Origin: Mobula hypostoma
Taxonomy: Eukaryota
Assembly: GCF_963921235.1 (NCBI RefSeq)
Contig: NC_086097.1
Span: forward strand, 79,734,001-79,798,000
Direction: 5' to 3'
Length of the DNA: 64,000 nucleotides
The notes beneath the pieces were generated by a model that saw only the letters and a list, made by a program, of their open reading frames with translations, was not told the DNA's origin and made no database searches. Positions 21,790 through 34,396 of this stretch are shown here, one piece after another; position 1 is the first letter of the stretch; each line of letters starts with the position of its first letter. The translations under genes were made by a program, and so were the position numbers.

Positions 21790-22342
21790 GGCATCCGTTA
21801 GTCTCATGAGACCATGGATCTTCACCTTGGAAGGTTTCCAGGGTGCAGGTTGTATGGAAGACCGGCAGTTGCCCATGCTGCAAGTCTCCCCTCTCCATGC
21901 CACCGATGTTGTCCAAGGGAAGGGCATTTGGGCCGGTACAGATTGGCACTGGTGTCGTCGCAGAGCAATGTGTGGTTAAGTGCCTTGCTCAAGGACACAA
22001 CATGCTGAGGCTCGAACTAGCGACCTTCAGATCATTAGGAAAGGAAAGGTACATCGCATCCGGAGTTTCTTCCGTTAGCAGACCGATTTCTCTCCACGCC
22101 TCTCTGACGTAGTGGGGACCCGCATACGAGGCAAGTTACAGCAGTGGTTTGCCATTGCCTTCTGCCGGGTGAGTTTCCAAAGAGTTCACCAGCTCGTAAC
22201 CCAGCACGGGTGGAAAGCATGCAGGGGAGCCCAGCTGGATTCGAACTTGGGACTTTCCATCCCGAAGTCTGGCACTGATGCCACTACGCCACCGGCCGGG
22301 TCCAGATCACTAGACCAACGCCTTAACCACTTGGCCATGGAT
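21790..22342 (-). mobile_element. tRNA-derived SINE (host), interrupting an old CR1 fragment
   Basis: A-box TGGCCAAGTGG, B-box AGTTCGAGCC, CORE-like segment; split by a nested SINE. Confidence 0.75.
22039..22302 (-). mobile_element. Second tRNA-derived SINE with RTE/BovB-like segment, nested in the first
   Basis: A-box TGGCGTAGTGG, B-box GTTCGAATCC, AGAAGGCAATGGCAAACCAC; TSD CAGATCA(T/C)TAG at 22028-22038 and 22303-22313. Confidence 0.75.
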
Positions 22343-22529
22343 TCAGACAACTGGTACCTCTATCCCAGGATCAACATATCTAATAGTAAAGGGTATGTAT
22401 TTAAGGTGAGAACAGGGAAGTTGAAAGGACATGTGTAGGGCAATTATTTTTTCTCATCATAGAGTGGTGAGTAGCTGGAATGCACTGCAGATGGTGCAGG
22501 AGGTATACATGATAATAGGCAATATATCA

Positions 22530-23408
22530 TATATACAATGAAAAAAGTATTTGCAACAGTATCATAGGCACATGGTATCACTTAACCAGCATTCACAAGA
22601 AAAAGACAATAATACAGTTCTACAAGAAAATAATAAACATTAGAACAAAAATGAGTGAAATCCACTTTAGTGCAAAATGATTAGAGTGGCCATAGCCTTT
22701 CTCAACAGCTGTTCTTGAACTTGGCGGTGTTTGACTTCAAGGTTCTTTACCTCCTTCCCAATGGTAGCTGTGAAAAGATGGCATGGCCCAGATGGGGATC
22801 ATCAATGATGGATGTAGCCTTCTTGACACAGCACTTCCTGTAGTTACTATCGATGATGGGGAGGGACACCATCATGATGGATCGGATAGAGTCCATTACT
22901 CTCTGCAGCTTCTATCCTTCCTGTGCATTTGAATTGCCATACCAATCCATAATGCAACCATGATATTTTCAACAGTTCATCTTTACATTTTTGTTAGTAT
23001 TTGGTGACAAGTATGGCCTCCTTAACCTCCCAAGAAAGTAAAGGCGTTGGCACATTTTTCTTAGGTGCTGGACCCAGGACAGGTTATCTTACATGTGAAT
23101 ACCCAGGAATTTCAAGTTGCTGACTCTCTCCACTGCCATTTCCCCAATATAGCCAGGTGCATATTTATGCCAGCCCTTTCCTGAAGTGAACAATCAGCTC
23201 TGTAATCTTGCTGACATTGAGTGAGAGGCTGTTGTTACAGCACCTCTCAACAGGGTGCTCTATTTTGCTCCAGAAAGCTGCCTCATTACCACCTATGATT
23301 CCTTCACTACCTTCTTCAATTTTCACATTGGCAAATTTAAAGAAGGCATTGGAGATGTAGTTAGCCACACAGTCTTATGCATATATAGAGTAGATCATGG
23401 GACTAAGC
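22530..23408 (-). mobile_element. Old Rex1/Babar LINE 3' fragment
   Basis: CCNNSLSLNVSKITELIVHFRK; FANVK (degenerate FADD). Confidence 0.7.
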
Positions 23409-23690
23409 AGGGCAACATGTTAGTGTAACAGGTGCCACCAGCGGTAAGATCAGGTTCAATTCCCTCTGCTGTCATTAAATATGTACATCCTCCCCGTGAC
23501 TATGTGAGTTTCCTCTGGGTGCTCTGGTTTCCTCCCACATTCCAAAATTATGTACGGTTAGGGTTAGTGAGTTGTGGCATGCTATGTTGGCGCTGCAAGC
23601 ATGGCAACACCTGGGGGCTGCCCAGCACATTCATCACTGATTTGATTTGATACATTTCACTGTATGTTTCAATGTACATGTGACAGATAC
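23409..23690 (+). mobile_element. V-domain SINE (HE1-like)
   Basis: GGTTCAATTCC B-box followed by V-SINE motif gtttcctctgggtgctctggtttcctcccacattccaaa. Confidence 0.75.
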
Positions 23691-24458
23691 TGGGCTATAG
23701 TCAATAACAGAAGCCTGGCATATGAATTCCTGATGTCCAGATGGTTCAGAGCATTAGAGAAATCACATCTGCTGTTGACCTGTTTTGGCAGGAGACAAAC
23801 TGGATCACGTCCAGATCATCTTCAAGGCAAGAGTTGTTTTGGGCATTAACCTATCTCTCAAAGCATTTCATTATAGTTAAAAGTAGGTGCCACCAGACAG
23901 AGGCAGGTCACCACAGTCTTCTTGAGTACCAAAGATACCTTTCTGAATTAGGTGGTAACCTCAGACCACAGGAGTAAGAGATTGAATAATCCAGCCAGTT
24001 AGTCTGCACATATTTTGAGTAGTCAGCTCGGTATGCTGTCTGGATCAGATGCCTTTCGTAGATTTATCCTTTTGAAGGATGCCTAGGCATTGGTCACAGA
24101 GAATGAAATACTAACAAGGTCATCGAGGTATGTCGGGGCTCTTGTAGATGCGTCATTGTTTGCCCTATCAAAGTGTCTATAAAAGGCATTAAGCTCACAC
24201 AGGAGTTGCTACTTATACTACTGGATCTATTCTTGTAGGAAGTTATATTGGAGGGAATTATGGTGTTGAATGCTGAACTATAGTCCAAAAATAGCATTCT
24301 CACACAAGTATCCTTCTTCTCCAGATGTGGAAGGACGGTGTGTAGAACTGTGGTTATTGCATCATCTGTCAGTCGGTTGTGTCAGTAGGCAAATTGTAGG
24401 GGGTCCAGTGTAGGTGGCAGCATGCTGCAGGTGTAGTCCATGACCAGTCTCTCAAAGC
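23690..24458 (-). mobile_element. Rex1/Babar RT fragments (continue at 28461-29040 and about 36530-37120)
   Basis: [17 protein letters not shown]; sequence resumes after the CR1 insertion (ctctcaaagc | atttgc). Confidence 0.7.
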
Positions 24459-27400
24459 GGCCAGTGAGTGAGTGGGCCAGTGAAGGAGTGGAGCTTTGAG
24501 GCTTTGACTCGAGAGGCTTCGACGAGAAGAGGCGGAGGACGAGCTTGCTCGCAGTTAGTCTTTACAATGCCTCCTGAGACGGTGATGTGCCTCTCATGTG
24601 AGATGTAGCAGTCTTGGGGGAACTCCCCTCTCCCGCAGAGTCACACCTGCCAGAAGAGCATACGGCTGGGCGATCTGGAAGACCGTGTAAGGAATCTGGA
24701 GCAGCAGCTGGATGACCTTCGACTAATAAGGAAGAATGAGGCAGTCATACATGAGAGCTACAGGGAGGTAGTCACACCTGGGCTGTCGGAAGCAGGTCGT
24801 TGGGTTACAGTCAGAGGGGGGAAGTGAAGGTGAGCAGACAGGTAGTGCAGAGCACCCCTGTAGCCATTCCACTGAATAATAAGTTTACCGTCCTGGATAC
24901 TGTTGGCGGGGATGACCGACCAGGTGTGAGCCACGGTGGCAGGGCCTCCTGCACTGAGTCTGACCTGGTGGTGCAGAAGGGTAGGACAGAGAAGAGAAGA
25001 GCAGTCGTCATTGGAGACTCTATAGTCAGGGGAGCAGACAGGAGATTTTGTGGACGTGAGAAGGACACCTGCATGGTTTGTTGCCTCCCGGGTGCCAGGG
25101 TCTGGGATGTCTCTGACCAGGTGCACGATATCCTGGTACGAGAGGGAAAGCAACCAGAAGTCGTGATACATATTGGTACCATCAACATAGGCAGGAAGAG
25201 GGATGAGGTCCTGAAGTGTGAGTTTCGGGAACTAGGCAGAAGGCTGAAGAACAGGACCTCAAGGGTGGCGTTCTCAGGATTGCTGCCAGTGCTACGTGAC
25301 AGCGATGGTAAGAATCGTGGAGATGGCAGTTGAATGCGTGGCTGAGGAGTTGGTGCAGGGAGCAGGGTTTTAGATTTTTGGATCATTGGGATCTCTTCTG
25401 GGGAAGGTGGGACCTGTACAGATTGGATGAGTTGCACCTGAACTCGAGGGGGAGCAATATCCTTGCAGGTAGGTTTTGCGAGCATGGTTCGGGAGGGTTT
25501 AAGCTAACTTACAAGGGGGATGGGACCCGGAGCAATAGAGCAGTGAAAGAAGTGCATGGAGTAAAGCCAGATCTAACATATAGAGAGGCTTTGAGGAAAG
25601 AGAAGCAGAATAAATGGTGTAAAGGTAGTATTAGAAGGGCTAAAGTGTGTGTACCTCAATGCAAGAAGCATCAGGAACAAAGGTGATGAACTGAGAGCTT
25701 GGATACATACATGGAATTATGATGTAGTGGCCATTACAGAGACTTGGCTGGCACCAGGGCAGGAATGGATTCTCAATATTCCTGGATTTCAGTGCTTTAA
25801 GAGGGATAGAGAGGGGGGAAAAGGGGAGGAGGGGTGGCATTACTGGTCAGGGATACTATTACAGCTACAGAAAGGGTGGATAATGTAGCAGGATCCTCTT
25901 CTGAGTCAGTATGGGTGGAAGTCAGGAACAGGAAGGAAGCAGTTACTCTTTTGGGGGTATTCTATAGGCCCCCTGGTAGCAGCAGAGATACAGAGGAGCA
26001 GATTGGGAGGCAGATTTTGGAAAGGTGCAAAAATAACAGGGTTGTTATCAAGGATGACTTTAACTTCCCTAATATTGATTGGCACCTAATTAGTTCCAAG
26101 GGTTTAGAGGGGGCAGAGTTTGTTAAGTGTGTCCAGAACGGATTCTTGTCACAGTATGTTAACAGGCCGACTAGGGGGAATGCCATACTAGATCTAGTAC
26201 TAGGTAATGAACCAGGCCAGGTCACAGATCTCTCAGAGGGTGAGCATCTGGGGGACAGTGACCACCGCTCCCTGGCCTTTAGCATTATCATGGAAAAGGA
26301 TAGAATCAGAGAGGACAGGAAAATTTTTAATTGGGAAGAGCAAATTATGAGGCTATAAAGGCTAGAACTTGCAGGTGTGAATTGGGATGATGGACATGTG
26401 GTTGATGTTTAGAGATCTCTTGCAGGATGTTAGGGATAAATTTGTCTCGGTGAGGAAGATAAAGAATGGTAGGGTGAAGGAACCGTGGGTGACAAGTGAG
26501 GTGGAAAATCTAGTCAGGTGGAAGAAGGCAGCATACATGAGGTTTAGGGAGCAAGGATTAGATGGGTCTATTGAGGAATATAGGGAAGTAAGGAAGAAGC
26601 TTAAGAAGGGGCTGAGAAGAGCAAGAAGGAGGCATGAGAAGGCCTTGGCGAGTAGGGTAAAGGAAAACTCCAAGGCATTCTTCAATTATGTGAAGAAAAA
26701 AAGGATGACAGGAGTGAAGGTAGGACCGATTAGAGATAAAGGTGGGAAGATGTGCCTGGAGGCTGTGGAAGTGAGCGAGGTCCTCAATGAATACTTCTCT
26801 TCGGTATTCACCAATGAGAGGGAACTTGATGATGGTGAGGACAATATGAGTGAGGTTGATGTTCTGGCGCATTAAGGGAGAGGAGGTGTTGGAGTTGTTA
26901 AAATACATTAGGACGGATAAGTCCCCGGGGCCTGGCAGAATATTCCCCAGGCTGCTCCATGAGGTGAGGGAAGAGATTGCTGAGCCTATGGCTAGGATCT
27001 TTATGTCCTCGTTGTCCACGGGAATGGTACTGGAGGATTGGAGAGAGGCGAATGTTGTCCCCTTGTTCAAAAAAGGCAGTAGGGATAGTCCGGGTAATTA
27101 TAGACCAGTGAGCCTTACGTCTGTGGTGGGAAAGCTGTTGGAAAAGATTCTTAGAGATAGGATCTATGGGCATTTGGAGAATCATGGTCTGATCAGGGAC
27201 AGTCAGCATGGCTTTGCGAAGGGCAGATCGTGTTGAACAAGCCTGATAGAGTTCTTTGAGGAGGTGACCAGGCATATAGATGAGGGTAGTGCAGTGGATG
27301 TGATCTATATGGATTTTAGTAAGGCATTTGACAAGGTTCCACATGATAGGCTTATTCAGAAAGTCAGAAGGCATGGGATCCAGGGAAGTTTGGCCAGGTG

Positions 27401-28460
27401 CATTCAGAATTGGCTTGCCTGGAGAAGGCAGAGGGTCGTGGTGGAGGGAGTACATTCAGTTTGGAGGATTGTGACTAGTGGTGTCCCACAAGGATCTGTT
27501 CTGGGACCGCTACTTTTCGTGATTTTTATTAACGACCTGGATGTGGGGGTAGAAGGGTGAGTTGGCAAGATTGCAGACGGCACAAAGGTTGGTGGTGTTG
27601 TAGATAGTGTAGAGGATTGTCGAAGATTGCAGAGAGACATTGATAGGATGCAGAAGTGGGCTGAGAAGTGGCAGATGGAGTTCAACCTGGAGAAGTGTGA
27701 GGTGGTACACTTTGGAAGGACAAACTCCAAGGCAGAGTACAAAGTAAATGGCAGGATACTTGGTAGTGTGGAGGAGCAGAGGGATCTCAGGGTACATGTC
27801 CGCAGATCCCTGAAATTTGTCTCACAGGAAGATAGGGTAGTTAAGAAAGCTTATGGGGTGTTAGCTTTCATAAATTGAGGGATAGAGTTTAAGAGCCGCG
27901 ATGTAATGATGCAGCTCTATAAAACTCTGGTTAGGCCACACTTGGAGCACTGTGTCCAGTTCTGGTCGCCTCACTATAGGAAGGATGTGGAAGCATTGGA
28001 AAGGGTACAGAGGAGATTTACCAGGATGCTGCCTGGTTTAGAGAGTATGCATTATGATCAGAGATTAAGGGAGCCAGGGCTTTACTCTTTGGAGAGGAGG
28101 AGGATGAGAGGAGACATGATAGAGGTGTACAAGATAATAAGAGGAATAGATAGAGTGGATAGCCAGCGCCTCTTCCTCAGGGCACCACTGTTCAATACAA
28201 GAGGATATGGCTTTAAGGTCAGGGGTGGGAAGTTCAAGGGGGATATTAGAGGAAGTTTTTTTACTCAGAGAGTGGTTGGTGCGTGGAATGCACTGCCTGA
28301 GTCAGTGGTGGAGGCAGATACACTAGTGAAGTTTGAGAGACTACTAGACAGGTATATGGAGGAATTTAAGGTGGGGGGTTATATGGGAGGCAGGGTTTGA
28401 GGGTCGGCACAACATTGTGGGCCATAGGGCCTGTAATGTGTTGTACTATTCTATGTTCTA
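24459..28460 (+). mobile_element. Near full-length CR1 LINE (ORF1 zinc finger + SGNH esterase; ORF2 APE + RT), mutated
   Basis: ORF1 about 24567-25640: VIGDSIVRG, VCCLPGA, HIGTIN, FLDHWDLF. ORF2 about 25640-28400: [51 protein letters not shown]. Tail attctatgttcta. Confidence 0.95.
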
Positions 28461-29040
28461 TTAAAGCATTTGCTTATTATTGAGGTGAGTGCGATAGGAT
28501 GCCAGTCATTCAGACATGTTACCTTATTCTTTTTATGTACCAAAACAATGATGGATGTTTTGAAGCAGAAGGGCACTCTACGCTGGGAGAGGGACAGATT
28601 AAAAATGTCTGTAAACACACCTGCCAGTTGTGCTGCGCACATCCTGAGCACCCACCCTGGGATGCCATCTCACCCCACAGCCTTGCGACTGTCCACTCAT
28701 TGGAAACACCTGCATACTTCAGCCTCAGAGATGACCAAGGTACAGGTCGCTTTAGCGGCTCTCCTCGGGGGCTCAGTGTTGGTGACATCGATCCGAGATT
28801 AAAAAAGACTTAGCTCATCTGGGCGAGGACCAGTGATATTGGCAGCACCACTGTGCTTAGCTTTGAAGTCTGCGATGGTGTGCAGACCATGTCATCAGCT
28901 GTGTGTGTTGTTGGTGGAGAGTTGTGTCTGGATCTTATTATTATTATTGTATTATTGTTATTGTATTATTGTTTCGCTTCCTTGATGACCTTGCGTAAAT
29001 TGTAGCTGCATTTCTTGAGTTCCTGTTGGTTACCAGCAAT
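28461..29040 (-). mobile_element. Rex1/Babar fragment (continuation)
   Basis: [32 protein letters not shown]...[10 protein letters not shown]. Confidence 0.8.
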
Positions 29041-29127
29041 CTAAGCTCTGTCTTGCTCGGTTAGCGCAGCATGCACGGAACTGTTGATCCAGGGTTTCTG
29101 GTTGGGATAGACTCTGACTATTTTGGC

Positions 29128-29529
29128 GTCTGTACATACCATCTGTGGGGTGAAAAATGCACAACAGCACCTTTTTCACCTCAGATGGTTGAGCAAGCTT
29201 GGCACGAGTCCCCAAATCCCAAGTACTTTCTACAGGAGCACAATTAAGAGCATCCTGGCTGGCTGCATTACTGCCTGGTAAGAGAACTGTAATTCCTTCA
29301 ATCGCAGGACTCTGCAGAGTGTGGTGCGGACAGCCCAGCGCATCTGTAGATGTGAACTTTCCACTATACAGGACATTTACAGAGACAGGTGTGTAAAAAG
29401 GGTCTGAAAAATCTTTGGGGACATGAGTCACCCCAACTACAAACTGTTCCAGCTTCTACCATCTGGGAAGCGGTACCGTAGCATAAAAACCAGGACCAAC
29501 AGGCTCCGGGACAGCTTCTTCCACCAGAC
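29128..29529 (+). mobile_element. Rex1/Babar 3' fragment split by the hAT insertion (resumes 36342 to about 36530)
   Basis: gacagcttcttccaccagac | catcagactgcttaat is contiguous across the hAT. Confidence 0.7.
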
Positions 29530-29812
29530 CAGAGGTCCCCAACCTTTTCTACACCATGGACCAGTTTAATATTGACAATTTTCTTGCAGACTGGCCGATG
29601 GGGTGGGGGGGGGGGGTGGGAGGGGTGTGTGTTAATCACAACCGGAATATAGGTGATAAGTCAACTCAAAGTCACTTATAAGTGGCTAATACACTCAAAT
29701 TTGTTTCTAAAAGGGTTTAATCTAACAAATTTAATATTAAACACACAGCACATATTTTCCTCACATGAATATAGTGATAAGTCAGTTATTAGTCATTTAT
29801 AATGACTTATAA

Positions 29813-32800
29813 AGGCGTGCGATGTCGGGCAGTAAAGCGCGGAAGATTTAAAAGGACAGAAATCCTGATTCGGGTGTAATTCGGAGAAGGAAGTCTGAGA
29901 ATCGGAGCGGGAGTGCGGAGGAAGCCATTTTTGAATTTTTCGGTTTTTTTTCCATCGGCGTTCAGAGAGGCGGGACTGCGCAGGCGTGTGACGTTGGGCA
30001 GTAAAGCGCGGAAGATTTAAAAGGAACAGAGACTTATACAGCGGGCAGTGGAGTTTGCGCGCGGCGGAGTGAGCCAGGAGCAGAGTGAAGGCTTGAGGGC
30101 TTCGGCTCATCGGGCTTAGGTGGAAACGGGCGAGGAGAAGAGGGTTTGGTTTCATTTTTTGTTGTTATTTGAGGAGAGGGGAAGTATGAATGTGAGGGCA
30201 GCTTGTTGTTCTCGGTGCCAGCCTCCCAGACGTCCACATCTGCGCCAGGTGCATCAAGATGCAGCTCCTAAGAGACCGCATTAGGGAACTGGAGCTGCAG
30301 CTCCATGACCTTCGTCTTGTTAGGGAGAGTGAGGAGCTGATAGAGAGGAGTTACAGGCAGGTGGTCACACCGAGGCCACGGAAGGCAGTTAAGTGGGTCA
30401 CGGCTAGGAGGGGGAAGAGGAAGAGTCAGGTAACAGAGAGTACCCCAGTGGCTGTGCCCCTTGACAATAGGTACTCCTGTTTGAGTACTGTTGGGGGGGG
30501 GCGTGCAGCTTACCTGGGGGAAGCAACAGTGGCCATGCCTCCGGCACAGAGTCCGGCCCTGTAGCTCAGAAGGGTAGGGAAAGGAAGAGGAGGGCAATAG
30601 TCATAGGGGACTCGATAGTAAGGGGGTCAGATAGGCGATTCTGTGGACGCAGTCTGGAGACCCAGATGAGACTCTGGTGCCAGGGTCTGGGATATCTCTG
30701 ATCGTGTCCAAGATATCCTGAAGTGGGAGGGAGAGAAGCCAGAGGTCGTGGTACATATAGGTACCAATGACATAGGTAGGAAAAGGGGAGAGGTCCTGAA
30801 AGGAGAATTTAGGGAGTTAGGAAGGGAGTTGAGAAAAAGGACCACAAAAGTAGTAATCTCAGGATTACTGCCTGTGCTACGTGGCAATGTGAGTAGGAAT
30901 GCAATGAGGTGGAGGAGAAATGAGTGGCTGAGGGATTGGAGCAGGGGGCAGGGATTCAAGTTTTTGGATCATTGGGACATCTTTTGGCGCAGGTATGACC
31001 TGTACAAAAAGGACGAATCCGAGGGGGACCAATATCCTGGCGGGGAGATTTGCGAGGGTGACTGAGGTGATTTTGAACTAGAATGGTTGGGGGGTGGGAA
31101 TCAAATTAAAGACACTAGGAGAGAGGAGGTTAGTTCACAAATAGAGAAAGCTAGTAGACAGTGTGTGAGGGAGGATAGGCAGGGGACAGAGATCAGGCGC
31201 ACTCAGACCAAAGATGTAGGGGACAAGGAAGAAAAAGGTAACAAAGTTGTTTGCTCCATTAAGGATAAAAAAGGAGTAAGAGGTGGAGAGTTTCTTAAAT
31301 GCATCTATTTTAATGCTTGGAGTATTGTAAGAAAGATGGATGAGCTTAGAGCATGGATTGATACCTGGAAATATGATGTTGTAGCTATTAGTGAAACGTG
31401 GTTGCAGGAGGGTGTGATTGGCAACTGAATATTCCAGGATTTCGTTGCTTCCGGTGTGATAGAATAGGAGGGGCAAGAGGAGGAGGTGTTGCATTGTTTG
31501 TCGGAGATTATATAACAGCAGTGCTCTGGCAGAATAGATTAGTGTCTCGTCTAGGAAGGCTATTTGGGTGGAATTGTGGAATAGGAAAGGTGTTGTGACG
31601 CTTATAGGGGTGTATTGGTGTATTATAGACCACCTAATGGGGACCGAGAAATGGAGGAGCAAATTTGTAAGGAGATACCAGATATTCGTAGTAAGCACAA
31701 GGTTGTGATTGTGAGAGATTTTAATTTTCCACACATAGACTGGGAAGCCCATTCTGTAAAAGGGCTGGATAGTTTGGAGTTTGTCAAATGTGTGCAAGAT
31801 AGTTTTTTGCAGCAATACATAGAGGTACCAACTAGAGAAGGGGCAGTGTTGGATCTCCTTTTAGGGAATGAGATAGGACAGGTGACGGAGGTATGTGTTG
31901 GGGAGCACTTTGGGTCCAGTGATCACAATATTAGTTTCACCATTAGTCTCAATATAATTTTGGAGAAGGATAGGACTGGACCCAGGGTTGAGATTTTTGA
32001 TTGGAGAAAGGCTAACTTTGAGGAGATGCGAAAGGATTTAGAAGGAGTGGATTGGGACAGTTTGTTTTATGGGAAGGATGTAATAGAGAAATGGAAGTCA
32101 TTTAAAGGTGAAATTTTGAGGGTACAGGATCTTTATGTTCCTGTTAGGTTGAAAGGAAAGGTTAAAAGTTTGCGAGAGCCATGGTTTTCAAGGGATATAG
32201 GAAACTTGGTTCGGAAAAAGAGAGGGATTTACAATAAATATAGGCAGCTTGGAGTTAATGAGGTGCTCGAGGAATATAAAGAATGTAAAAAGAATCTTAA
32301 GAAAGAAATTAGAAAAGCTAAAAGAAGATACGAGGCAGCTTTCGCAAGTAAGGTGAAAATAAATCCAAAGGGTTTCTACAGTTATATAAATAGCAAAAGG
32401 ATAGTGAGGGATAAAATTGGTCCCTTAGATAATCAGAGTGGACGGCTATGTGCGGAGCCAAAAAAGATGGGGGAGATTTTGAACAATTTCTTTTCTTTGG
32501 TATTCACTAAGGGGAAGGATACTGAATTGTGTAAGGTAAAGGAAACAAGAAAGGTAGTTATGGAAAGTATGACGATTAAAGAAGAGGAACTACTGGCGCT
32601 TTTAAGGAATATAAAAGTGGATAAGTCTCCGGGTCCGGACAAGATATTCCCTCGGACTTTGAGGGAAGTTAGTGTGGAAATAGCAGGGGCTCTGACAGAA
32701 ATATTTCAAATGTCATTAGAAACGGGGATGGTGCCGGAGGATTGGCGTATTGCTCATGTGGTTCCATTGTTTAAAAAAGGTTCTAAGAGTAAACCTAGCA

Positions 32801-34202
32801 ATTATCGGCCTGCGAGTTTGACGTCAGTGGTCTGTAAATCGATGGAAAGTATTCTTGGAGATGGTATATATAATTATCTGGATAGACAGGGTCTGATTAG
32901 GAACAGTCAACATGGATTTGTGTGTGGAAGGTCATGTTTGACAAATCTTATTGAATTTTTTGATGAGGTTACTAGGAAAGTTGACGAGGGTAAAGCGGTG
33001 GATGTTGTCTATATGGACTTTAGTAAGGCCTTTGACAAGGTTCCACACAGAAGGTTAGTTAGGAAGGTTCAATCGTTAGGCGTTAATATCGAAGTAGTAA
33101 AATGAATTCAGCAGTGGCTGGATGGGAGACGCCAGAGAGTAGTGGTAGATAACTGTGTCAGATTGGAGGACAGTGTGTAGCGGTGTGCCTCAAGGATCTG
33201 CACTGTTGTTTGTCATACATATTAAAGATCTGGATGATGGGGTGGTAAATTGGATTAGTAAGTATGTGGATGATACTAAGATAGGTGGCGCTGTGGATAA
33301 TGAAGTAGGTTTTCAAAGCTTGCAGAGAGATTTAGACCAGTTTGAAGAGTGAGCTGAAAGATGGCAGATGGAGTTTAATGCTGAAAAATGTGAGGTGCTA
33401 CATTTTGGTAGGACTAATCAAAATAGGACATACATGGTAAATGGTAGGGCATTGAAGAATGCAGTAGAACAGAGGGATCTAGGAATAATGGTGGATAGTT
33501 CCCTGAAGGTGGAATCTCATGTGGATAGGGCGGTGAAGAAAGCTTTTGGTATGCTGGCCTTTATGAATCAGAGCATTGAGAATAGGAGTTGGGGTGTAAT
33601 GTTGAAAGTGTATAAGGCACTGGTAAAGCCAAATTTGGAGTATTGTGTACAGTTCTGGTCACCAAATTATAGTAATGATGTCAATAAAATTGAGAGAGTA
33701 CAGAGGAGGTTTACTAAAATGTTGCCTGGGTTTCATCACCTAAGTTACAGAGAAAGATTGAACAAGTTAGGTCTTTATTCTTTGGAGCATAGAAGGTTGA
33801 GAGGGGACTTGATAGAGGTGTTTAAAATTATGAGGGGGATTGATAGAGTTGACATGGATAGGCTTTTTCCATTGAGAGTGAGGGATATTCAAACAAGAGG
33901 ACTTGAGTTGAGAGTTAAAGGGCAAAAGTTTAGGGGTAACATGAGGGGGAACTTCTTTACTCAGAGAGTGGTGGCTGTGTGGAACGAGCTTCCAGCAAAA
34001 GTGGTTGGTGCAGGTTCGATGTTGTCGTTTAAAGTTAAATTGGATAGATATATGGACAGGAAGGGAATGGAGGGTTATGGACCGAGTGCAGGTCGGTGGG
34101 ACTAGGTGAGAGTAGGAGATCGGCACGGACTAGAAGGGCTGAGATGGCCTGTTTCCGTGCTGTAATTGTTATATGATTATATGGTTATATGGTTATATGG
34201 TT
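29813..34202 (+). mobile_element. Full-length CR1 LINE (second family), mutated, inserted in the hAT
   Basis: CpG-rich 5' UTR; ORF1 esterase (GDSIVRG, HIGTNDIG); ORF2 pieces 31615..33105 and 33368..34105; (TTATATGG)n tail to about 34202. Confidence 0.95.
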
Positions 34203-34396
34203 AAAAGGCAATAGCATCATAACATTTTGAGTAACGTTTGGATATTAAACACACAGCGCAGATTTTCCTTGTATTAAAATTTAAAATCATTGCAACACAC
34301 CAATATCACTGAATCAATGGGAGCCCTGGGCTTGTTTCCCTGCAACAAGACGGTCCCATCGAGTGGTAATGGGAGACAGTGATACTCGAAGGGGGT

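Noticed and set aside
22230..22342. tRNA genes
   Set aside because: A/B boxes belong to SINE heads continuous with SINE bodies; no complete cloverleaf seen.
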